Part shown: positions 11,708 through 21,850 of the stretch, piece by piece | Layout: every line of letters starts with the position of its first letter | Numbering within the stretch: position 1 is the stretch's first letter | Assembly: GCA_965285935.1 (NCBI GenBank) | Contig: OZ260667.1 | Location: forward strand, 36,952,001-37,016,000 | Direction: 5' to 3' | Length of the DNA: 64,000 nucleotides | Source of the DNA: Ophelia neglecta | Taxonomy: Eukaryota | Made by a program: the position numbers and the translations under genes | Notes under the pieces: generated by a model | Databases searched by the model: none | What the model was told of the DNA's origin: nothing | The model's input: the letters and a program-made list of their open reading frames with translations, nothing else

Positions 11708-13515
11708 CTGAAGGAGAAAAGGGCAAGTTAAGCGCAAAGCTGGATACTCTTTACTTCAACCCAACAGAATACTGAATATCATGGTTTTTTGATATTGGCC
11801 TTTGCCATTCAATCTTAAAACCTGATACAGCACGCCATCCATCAGAGGGCGCAACCTGCCAGATGGCGAGATGGCCCATCTGGCGGTTGTGATGATCTGC
11901 TTTTATGACGGCAGGGAATATGGAGACATGCTGATAGTCCCGGGAATCAATCACCATATTAGGTCTCCCTATTGTGTGGTGGGTGGAAACTGGCACCGTT
12001 TAGATTAGCACAGAGTCGCTATACAATTGTCACCTGGTTGGCATCTCAGTATTCAGTCAGATGCCAGGATCACTAATCGCTGGTGGCTGTGGCTGTGGCT
12101 GATAATTTGGAAGTACATTGTTACAAGGAGTGTTAACTTTTAAAACATGATTTGTTCTTCAACGTTCGCTTAACCAGAACATGGCTTTGTAGCTGCTTTG
12201 TACAGTTTTGTTTTATTGGCACTGCTTTGGTGACTCCTGTTACCAGCAGCTCCTGCTCCAACGAGTGTGCATCCATAGGCTCAGTATCAGTACCATCATT
12301 TCTAGAGCATTCAACTCAATTTAGATGTGGCCAGTTTTTTTATAACTCCATTTTGAGTACAACTTAAGTCATGTACCCAGTGCACTCTCCCACCATTAGA
12401 TTTTATTCTAAACCTGATCCTGCTCACTCATCCAAACTCTATTTTAAAGGCACTAAAACTGGCCATCGTCCCTTATCAGTCATGGGAAATAAATCACGTT
12501 ACATTTATGAATTTCCCATAACTGAATTAACACCAAATGTGCATTAATAAGCAGCAATGGCGTTTTCCTCTCCAAGCAAGCCACATATCTTGTATTCAGT
12601 GTATTGATTTTAGGTGATCGTTGCTGTCAGACCCCATTGTCATGTAATGAAGTCAGAGTAATCAACTTTTATCTCAAACAAGGCTAAGACTGATGGATAC
12701 CTTTACTTCACTTATCAGCTTCTCTGGACCACTCCAAGCAACCTTGAGCACAGCAAATTCTGCGCTTTAGTTCTTTCAATCATTGTCAATACCAATGATT
12801 ATACAAAAAAAAAATATTGCTACAAAAAACATAAAGACACATGGTAATCTGTCTAAACCACAGAATAGGTTTGTATGATGAAGGGTAATTTTTATAAATG
12901 CTTTATATGGAAAAAAAAAGACAAATTTGATGTTTCAAGGTTGCTTGCAATGATTTTTTACAAAGAGGCCACCCTGCAAAAATTGATTATAATGATGTTT
13001 ATGATAATAATATGATAAAAAATTAAATATAACTCTATTAATACAATTTTAATGCTTACTTCAATTGTATTAATACATCACTCCATTTAGTATTTGACAC
13101 AAAATAACATGGTATTAAAATTATTGCCCTAGTTATAAATTGGAAGAAGAAATGAACTGACCAGTTCAGCATGACATAAGATATTTAAATTCCAGCTTCC
13201 TAGTACTAGCATAGAATTATAGAACTACAAATACTGAGTTAATAGTTAATAATACAATGTTAAATCAGAATACCCACACTAGATTTGTCATGGTAAGTAT
13301 CAATATTACAGGAAATGCAGACTACTCTTACTAAATACACACACCAAGGGCAAATCTGGTCGGATGGCAAGCCTGATGTTTGATTAGCGGACAAAAAACA
13401 TGTATTTATACAAAAGACAATGACGATACGGTAACATAGAAGGAGAGCCAAGGCATAGTCTAGGCATGTGATTTGTAGGAAGGGAGAGAAGACAAAATGA
13501 AGATCAGTACCTTAC
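11708..13515 (-). other. msi: Probable intron in the 3' UTR
   Basis: Donor AGT|gtaagg 21 nt after the stop (alternatives at 13510 and 13532). Very strong acceptor with branch point: gcttaacttgcccttttctccttcag. Confidence 0.65.
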
Positions 13516-13536
13516 ACTGGCGCCTCAAAAACCTGT

Positions 13537-13578
13537 TCAGTGGAAGCCATTTTGGAAAGCCGTTGGAATCAGGGTACC
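13537..13578 (-). CDS. msi: Musashi last coding exon: GTLIPTAFQNGFH*
   Basis: Acceptor tttgtcccctcgccttccacag, phase 0, TGA at 13537-13539. Matches the vertebrate C-terminus GPLIATAFTNGYH*. Confidence 0.95.
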   Translation of the reverse strand, partial: GTLIPTAFQNGFH

Positions 13579-14954
13579 CTGTGGAAGGCGAGGGGACAAA
13601 TAGGGACATGAGTCGGTGCGTCAATACAATTAAAGCTTGGTTAAATCAATACATCTTTCACCCTTAACAAGTCTGATAGTGATAGCACAATTAAAACATA
13701 TCTATTGAGCCAGGACCATAGGTGGTGATAGCTGACTTGGGCCTTTCTACTTCCAGCCTCTCATCAGATGGCTCGCACTAGGGTGATTGGAGTTAGAACA
13801 TAAAAGAGTGCGCAACAATACATGATGACTGATGATTAATAAATAGTTGAAGTGTTAAAGCTTTGTACAGCACAGTTAATAACCACCATCTTCAATACAT
13901 ACTCTACATAAACTTATCTACTGTGAATAAATAATGCTCTACATCAGAATAACACTGCTACAATGACAAGAGGTTCAATTAGTGATTTCAGAACAAGAAA
14001 TGTACTGGAAGAAGGAAAAGCTTTGTATGATTGTGGAGTGATGAGGCAAGTAAGCCATAAGCTTTTCAGCTCCGATACTCTACTTCTTTATAGAAAGATC
14101 TGCTAAACTATGTATTAAAAGTCGGTCAGTTAATCAGTTTACTACAATTTACTGACATTAAATCCTATTAGCAAGAAGCCTAAGTATTTCCCTGAAGAAA
14201 TTCCTCTGAATGAATGAGAGGGCGGTTTGAAGGCTACTTGGAAAATCCCTCACAATCACACAAACTGCCATGGCCACACTTAGTTAGCCAACAAAGATAC
14301 ACAAATTGCCAACCAAAGATGGATATTTCCAATCAACTGCAGCACTTGTGGGTCATAAGGTTCTTCAAAAACTACCACATGCCCAACAGCAATGGAAGTA
14401 TTATTGAAGAGACTTATTAAGGGCAATGAGAAAAACAATTTTATCCATGAGATTAATTCTGTAGCTCAATCCAAACTTAGCTGGGGTCAGTCTTTAGAAG
14501 CTGGTAATTAGCCCAGTTCATTTCACAAAGTGCTTGACATGTACTCCATCTTTCTGTCAGGCAATTTCTGTGTAGCAGCACCACTTGAGGTCCATTGCAC
14601 GTGTACATTAGACACACCTTTGGCCTTATTACATATGGAAAACACTGGAAATTATAAAAGTGGACATGGGGAGACTTCTAACCACAATTGGCCTCATATG
14701 GTTTTGTTTTTGAATTTATTTTCTTGAAATAAAATGAATGAGAAAAGCACAGATGCAGTATATGTGAAATGGCTTTGATGGACAGTATTAGAGTCTCTGC
14801 CATAATCCTCTAGCTAAAATGCCAGTTTTCCACTGTGAATATACCAGGTTAGTTTCCAAAGGTGGCCACTATTGTCCACGTGCAGCCCGTTGTTTTTCTA
14901 GCTACATCATAAAGCTGTAAGTGATGGGAGTAAGTGGGGAGGTAGACTACTTAC

Positions 14955-15124
14955 CGCGATGCTGGTGAAGCCCGAGGGCTGGGGGCTGGCCGCCTGCACA
15001 TAGCCAAGGCCGTCCTGGTTAGAACTGTACATGTCCAAGGCCCCGGGGCTGTTGGCCTGCGGGAAGCCACGGCTGTTGGCGGGCGAGGTGGGTGGACCGT
15101 ACGACTGGGCGTAGTTGTTCATCA
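14955..15124 (-). CDS. msi: Musashi exon (170 nt; 197 nt from the upstream acceptor at 15151): MNNYAQSYGPPTSPANSRGFPQANSPGALDMYSSNQDGLGYVQAASPQPSGFTSIA
   Basis: Acceptor gtcttgtttcag, donor GCG|gtaagt, phase 1 to 0. Carries the conserved Musashi C-terminal ANSPG and AASPQPS motifs. Confidence 0.95.
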
Positions 15125-16623
15125 CTGAAACAAGACCACCCGAGGTCATCACTGTCGACCGGAACAAGCACAGCACGCCACGAGAGGAAGGAAGAGTGGT
15201 CCATAATTAGTAGGCAAGCAAACAAACCCAATTGCACATGCAAATTAGATATATGCAAGAATACATATACAGTGAACACCTGTTATCATAACAACATGAG
15301 GTTGCCAAGATAATACCGCCAAGAAGTGAATGCCATGAATTCTTGTTTTGTCTTAATAATTGTCAATAGTTTGTGTCATCTAAATAGAAGTCTTATTTCC
15401 AAAACAAATATCAAAATTTTGAGAATTTTCTACAAAACTCTTTTGAGTTTTCATGAAGCAAATTTTCATGAAAATCACAACTGGGCTATGTAGGTGTATA
15501 GTTGATTTTGAATAAAAAATGCTTTGAAATTTCCTTAATTTAACTATTCTAATTTAAAATTTATGTGCAAATTCAAATTAAATTAAATGACCTCATTACA
15601 AAAAGAATATATACTTCTGTAGTATCTATTCTTTATCAAAACTTAACTGAGGACAATTGCTAAGCAGTTGAACAAAACAATGACATAGAACTACAATGTG
15701 ACAACCCAAAACCTTTGTGAAAGTTACTGCCTACTAGTCATAAAGTATCAGCGGTCTACGGCCAAGCACAACGCTATGGGGAGAACATATCATCATCAAA
15801 TCCATGCTAATCTAGTTTATCAAGTACTTAGTTTGGGATAAACTTGATTTGTATGTGATTGTGTAATTTTGTGACAAACCAAACTTGGAAATATATCCGT
15901 CAATTTCAATTAAGTGTACTTTGGGGAAAAAGGAAATGACTTGTCCCTTTTGGAAGTAAAGCTGGCATTAAACTATAGTTTGTCCAGATCATCTGCCTTT
16001 GGTTTTCCAAAGTCCAGTCAACATGTCAAATGCTTCACTATTTAAACTAGACTAATCTAATACTATAGAGGGATAAAATTCCTTCAGACAAGTAGTGTTT
16101 ATAGCATTTCAGACACAGGGCGCATACAGGTTAAAAGAAATTTCTTGTGTTACCACACAGCATTAAATCTGACAGGGAGGTGCTTCAATGATATACCAAT
16201 ATTTCTAGCTTCAAATAAGGGTGTAACAAAGCCTCAATTTTTCTAGTTCATGATACCTAACAGAGCGTGACCCATGTTAAAACATAAAAAAAATCAGCTG
16301 CAGCATCATGATGATGACATCAGCATGCACAATGATGTCACAACTAGATAAAAGAGCTAGATCTGAAACTCAAATTTGAAGCTAAAATATTAAGAGGTAA
16401 CATTACACAGTCAATTATGGGGTGGTGTGGACATTAAGAACACTTTTACAGTACAAAAAGTAAAAGCTCAGTCTTTAAATGGAAATTCCAGCAGTATGAA
16501 TTTGGATCAGTTGTGCCAAACATTTACGTCTTAATTTGGTTTGGAATTGACAGGATGGGGGAAAAGGAATGCATGTATGGAGGAACATTAGTCAGAACAT
16601 TTGAATTCAATATAGTGACTTAC

Positions 16624-16668
16624 AATGGACATCAGGGTATAGCTTGCTGATCGGGCTTTCTGGACAAA
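16624..16668 (-). CDS. msi: Probable cassette exon (45 nt): (V)CPESPISKLYPDVH
   Basis: Very strong acceptor gttgttctgttgttcctttctatag, donor ATT|gtaagt, length 3n, phase 1-1, no stop. I do not recognise the peptide by homology. Confidence 0.65.
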
Positions 16669-17241
16669 CTATAGAAAGGAACAACAGAACAACATTCATA
16701 ATGTGTGTTAACAACAAGATAATCATGCGCAAGGATTAGAAACGGTGAACAATAAGCAGTAGTTATCTTGTCAAATGCTTTGTAGTATAGAACGATGACA
16801 TTCATATCTTGGTTAAACAGTAACAAAGCAACTAGGTGAACCATTACAAATATCTAATTATCAAACATATATTATTAATTGGCAACTTTATATATTGATT
16901 GATTCCAATTAACACCAAAAATGTAAAAAAGTGATGATAATGATGGACACAGAGGTGTAAGTTAGAGAGGCCGGTGGGTACATGACAGAAGATCAACTCA
17001 TTTGACGACTATACATAGAGAAGGAGACACGGTAGAGAGGAAACCACACCAACAGCTTAGGTCAAACTTAACCAAACCTAAAACACAGCAGAATTTAAAA
17101 GGTGCCCTGGAGTCAGTGAGATCAAAGCGGTAGGCGCACCACTGAGATGAAATGTCCCCAAATTTGAGCCAAACTGTGTTGTGGCAGTAATAGTAGATGA
17201 TGAGACTCAGAGAGGTAGTGAAAGCATGGAGAGTGGTATAC

Positions 17242-17505
17242 CTGAGTGGCCAGCGGTACGATGTGTGAACTGATCTCTATGCATGGGAGAGCTACTGAGC
17301 GGCATGGGCGAGGTTTCACTGCGTGGGATGGAACACACAGCTGCCATTTGACTGGGGGTCAGGTTGCCATGCTGAAGTGTGCCGTAGTCTGCCGCGTAGT
17401 AAGCAGCTGCAGCGGCAGCGGCAGCTGCAGCTGAGATGCGCTCAGCTCCGGGCATGCCAGCATTGGTGGTCTGAGGCAAGTACCCAGCAGGGTAACCAGG
17501 GATGC
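17242..17505 (-). CDS. msi: Musashi exon (264 nt): (G)IPGYPAGYLPQ...ERIS-A10-YYAADYG...HRTAGHS, polyalanine-containing
   Basis: Acceptor ctaattgtacattgcttag and an open frame with G/P/A/Y composition. The donor CAG|gtatac is weak but keeps phase 1-1, so the 3' boundary is less certain. Confidence 0.82.
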
Positions 17506-17638
17506 CTAAGCAATGTACAATTAGAACATGGTCAGAGATGGTTGCTGGAGCTGCAGCATACTACTGGACTGGCCACAAGATACAATCTTTCCTACATACA
17601 ATCATAGGAGTCTCCTCCAAACGTTACCACCTGCTTAC

Positions 17639-17641
17639 CAT
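17639..17641 (-). CDS. msi: Candidate 3-nt microexon (ATG) inserting one Asp
   Basis: catttctttaaccctgtctttag|ATG|gtaagc: branch-like TTTAAC, AG-free pyrimidine tract, strong donor, frame-preserving. No transcript evidence. Confidence 0.45.
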
Positions 17642-19615
17642 CTAAAGACAGGGTTAAAGAAATGTTATGATAAAAGGTATATGTTCTGTCATCTCATTGC
17701 CTCGTCCTATGTACCTGCATGTTTAGAAAGCTAGTTAGTGGCACAGTGGGGCAAATTTGACACAAATGCACCAGCACACAGTGCCCATGATGGTTTCAAA
17801 TTTGGCCAAAACTCGCCATGTACCGGCTTTCCCCATTTTCAAGCATCCCTGGTTGCGACGGGACTTGCATATTCCTACAAAGCACACCTCTACACAGTGC
17901 TCTAAGACAGCTTTGTAATCTCTGCAATGGTTTAGAATTTTTCTGCCCCTTTTAGAAGGTAATTTTGCCACTTTTGATCATAAACTGAAAGGAACTTAAA
18001 TTGGACTTCCATCAAACTACTACTGTTCAATGATAATTTGGTTTCTAGTAATTTGGACAATGAATCACTGACACACCAAAAAGCTATGCACTAACATCAA
18101 AAGTGTAAATTTTGAGTGTTAAGGAAAAAATACCAAACCCCACAATGGTATTAAAGGTATGGAAACTGGAGTCTGACAGAGGAGCCCAACAGAGTTCACA
18201 GTGTCTTCACTAAGTTCTGATGTATATACGTCAAAACGCACATATATTGGAGTCAATAGGTGTGTTATCAACGTAGACGCATCACAAATTCCTGACGTCA
18301 CCTAAAACTCTGTCAAAGCACTCAGTCAAGGCCCTCTTTCCTTACATTAATATCGTTGTGCAATTATATGTATGCTAATAATGGTTGTTCAAGGGTTGAC
18401 TAATGTTATCCTGTATATACAAAGTAGTAGAACACAAACTGCATGCAGAAAATATATATCCAAAGCACTAATGGACTACGAAGCAGGTTTTTGAGTATCA
18501 CGTGTGCTGTGCAGAATATAACCAAGTCATGCAACCATGAACAAGGCATGAAAATGGGTTGAGCTAGTCATAATGACCTGCATTTTCAGTTGTATTAAAT
18601 TATTTTCAACAAAAAGTTTTCTTATATGGCATTAATAATTTCACACTTGAGGTTACAGTTCAGGTTCTCTTCAAATTCATGTTTTTTTCCCTTGTGCTCA
18701 TGGAATATTTTGATTGGAGTGATTCACTAGGTTAGTCCTCGGAGTTGTGATATTAGGACACCTTGTTTGTCGAGGCAGCGAAGGCAAGCAGTAAATGGTG
18801 AGTAGTTTATTAACAGCTACCGGTACAAAAGCCAGGATACATTCAATAAGTTTCAGGGTTTCTTTCTTCTAGTTTTTCTACATTGTGATCTAAAAAGCAA
18901 ATTCTTCCATGAGCACACTGGGGAAATGTTTAAATATACTTTTGAAATTGAACAAAACATCTGCCAATAATGGTTAATCCAAGCATGGCCAGGATAATTT
19001 CTAACACTTCTACCCATGTCACTAAGCATAGCAGTCAAAATATCTTATGTAGCCAATGTAATATCAACCAACAGAGAAGGTATCAACAGACCAACCAACC
19101 ATTTAACCAATAGTACAAGGTGACATTCACCACCAATTTAAAAATAAGAGGGATTGAAAAAATTAAACTCAAAGAGGAAGGTGATAATACCAGCTACAGT
19201 AGTAGAGAATTCCTGGTCAAGATGGGGAGTTTTAAACAGCAATGATAAAATAACTAACAGGACTGTCATGGCATTGAAAGCACTGGTGATTATTTGTAAA
19301 TAATGCATTACTACTACTGTAACAATTGAATTCACGCAGAACAGCGTATACTACATGTATTTAATATTAGTAATTTATACACCACAAGAAGTAGATGCAT
19401 AAAAGAAGAACAAATATAGGACCAACTTACAGAACAGACACACGCAGATATATAAAAGGGAAGTACAACTGAGGAGTTGTTAACTGTACATTCTAACGTA
19501 CACGTGGAAGCCACCGCAGCCAGTTTTAATACTGATTGCGCACAAAAAGGTGAACTCTGACTAGGTAAGTATGATATACGTATGCAGCACTAGCAGTGGT
19601 GTGGAAGTATCTTAC

Positions 19616-19720
19616 CCTGGGTTCCGAACCCCAAGTACCCCCGGGCTGAGCCCCGGCCGGCTCTCGGGGACCCGCGGGCCGCCGCTAGCGTGGTGGCGGG
19701 GGCCATGGGAATACCAAACC
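19616..19720 (-). CDS. msi: Musashi exon (105 nt): (G)FGIPMAPATTLAAARGSPRAGRGSARGYLGFGTQ(G)
   Basis: Acceptor gatattttccgtcag, donor AGG|gtaaga, phase 1-1. GC-rich island in an AT-rich intron. Contains the Musashi AAARGS motif and RG repeats. Confidence 0.9.
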
Positions 19721-21775
19721 CTGACGGAAAATATCAAATATACACGGTCAACTCAGCCTATAACAAGTCAGTCTGGATTAAAGTGCCTTTCTTAAACCCA
19801 AACAAATCTTAGTAAAATGTTCTCTCTTTCATTGTTAAAGGTATAAATCCACACATTCCTTCAAGTAACTACTTGGCACAAAATGCAATGCACTAAACTA
19901 CACATGTCAACAGTTCCTAACAAAGCTGTTGGGGAAAATTGAAACAATTATATAGAGACTGAGGAAATTCTAGTTAAGTTACAATATTGTGCATGCATAT
20001 ATCCACTTAATTTTTAAAGTTATACATTTGTTTATAGGGTGGGGTTTATTCATCCTTTACTTTAAAAGATACGGAATGGTAAATGCAGCGATATCCAAGT
20101 CACTGGTGACTGCTAGTAATGGCATACTGACATGTGAACAAGACCACTGCTGTGCTAGTATACTCATGCAGACCTCTAAATATCACCGACAAAAGCAAAC
20201 ATCAGTGGAAGTTGGGGCTTGTTTGTCGAGGGATGGGGACACTCATCTCCAGTGACCTTGTAATGATTATCACGGCTTCGCCTAGGAGTTAACTTTACCT
20301 GACCAGGCCTAGGTCCAAGGTGGTTAGTAAACGACAGCCAAGGTGCGTTCATATCGGACCCAACCAAAGACAAAATACTTTTTTGACATGAAAAGCAGGG
20401 GTGTGGTTGAATGTTGGTGTTTGTTTTTTAAAACAGGGTTGGAGGGATCCCGTGAAGGAGGCGAAATTGACACGACAACACAATCGCTACTGCTACTGCT
20501 ATGCCTAGCGTCATGGTAACGCGTATAAGAATTATATAAACCTGGTTGGGTTAACCACAAATGACTCAACTTATCAAAACAAATCACTTGATATCTTCAA
20601 TGTAAACTTCAATGATGCAGAGACACATTTTAATCCAGTTAGGATTATTCTAGATAAGTACCCAGTAAATTAAACTAACTTGAGTCAGTCCATCATTAGT
20701 AATGTTAACCTCAAAAAGCGGTCTCTGAATCACTGTTCAGTAGAGTCTACCATTACAAGGCAAATACAGTTGAATAAACAATAAGATCACAAGGACTGCA
20801 CGTTTATCGTGTCATTCAAAAAGTGATTCCTCAGAACACTGACCCACAATGAAGTTTTAGCTCACCATTGCCCAGTTTTTCATAGTGATCTTTTTGCTTT
20901 TTTCCTAGTTTAACATGTACAATTGATAAAGCAGCTTTCTACTAATGTTTATTAATAATAACCATTTACTATTAGTGTTATCCGACAAGTAACAAACTGA
21001 TGTATGTAATCATTCATCAAGCCCCCCCCCCCCCCTCCCCCCTCATCACACACAACAATATCCATCTCTATTGTAAGTGCAGCTGTTTTAATTATAGTGT
21101 TTTGTTTTGAAACAGTGCTTCCCACTTTCGATGCTTTCAGTTTACATACATCAGTTTGTGCTACAATAATTATACTTGTATTAACTTTGATCCCACGTGT
21201 CAAAGGAGGCTATGATCATTTATGCAGAGATGAATGGGCCCCGTTTATCATAACATAGTAGGTCTTAACACGCAAAGGAAGGCGTATCAGTGAGTTTAAT
21301 TTTACCATTAGTATTGTGATATTAGCACAAAACATGGGGAAATGATACATGTGGTATAACAATAAGGTAGAAAGCTTGTAACATTCAAGTACACAATACT
21401 TATATACATGTATATATATTCCGTGCCCGTCTCATGCACAAGCATGAGAACACACTACGAACAGTCAAGAAGCTGATGAAAACTTATCTACAGATCGCGA
21501 CATATATTCTAGAGCACATCGGAGCAATTTTATTTAGAATTCAATCTAATTCTGGCAAACGATAAACAGATAAAATAAGACCTGATAATTCTAAAAATAA
21601 CAGTTCTATATGCCAAGTGTTAATACGACAGTGTTTAACATGGCAGACCGTTAAGCTCTCTCATGCTAGCCTAATCCGAGCTTACACTGATCAGCTGATG
21701 ATCTATACTTAAACAATAATACGTAATGCTTTTCTTTAGACACTGGTCCTTCGGCTTATCAGCGTTATGACTTAC

Positions 21776-21850
21776 CTGGAAAGTAGTACCCTGGCAGTGG
21801 ATAGCCTCGACCACCATAGTATGCAGCCGGAAACCCAGCTGGGAAAAAAC
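21776..21850 (-). CDS. msi: Musashi exon (75 nt): (G)FFPAGFPAAYYGGRGYPLPGYYFP(G)
   Basis: Acceptor ctgttttgtctcatcag, donor CAG|gtaagt, phase 1-1 and open. Resembles the vertebrate YGRGYPG...YQFPG segment. Confidence 0.92.

Noticed and set aside
14907-14954. ORF extension VSSLPPHLLPSLTAL* beyond the AASPQP exon
   Set aside because: Begins at a consensus GTAAGT donor and the conserved C-terminus is encoded downstream, so this is simple intron read-through.
18346-19468. Weak pseudo-exons at 18346-18410 and ~19431-19468
   Set aside because: Poor exonic donor context, not frame-preserving, and no supporting compositional signal.
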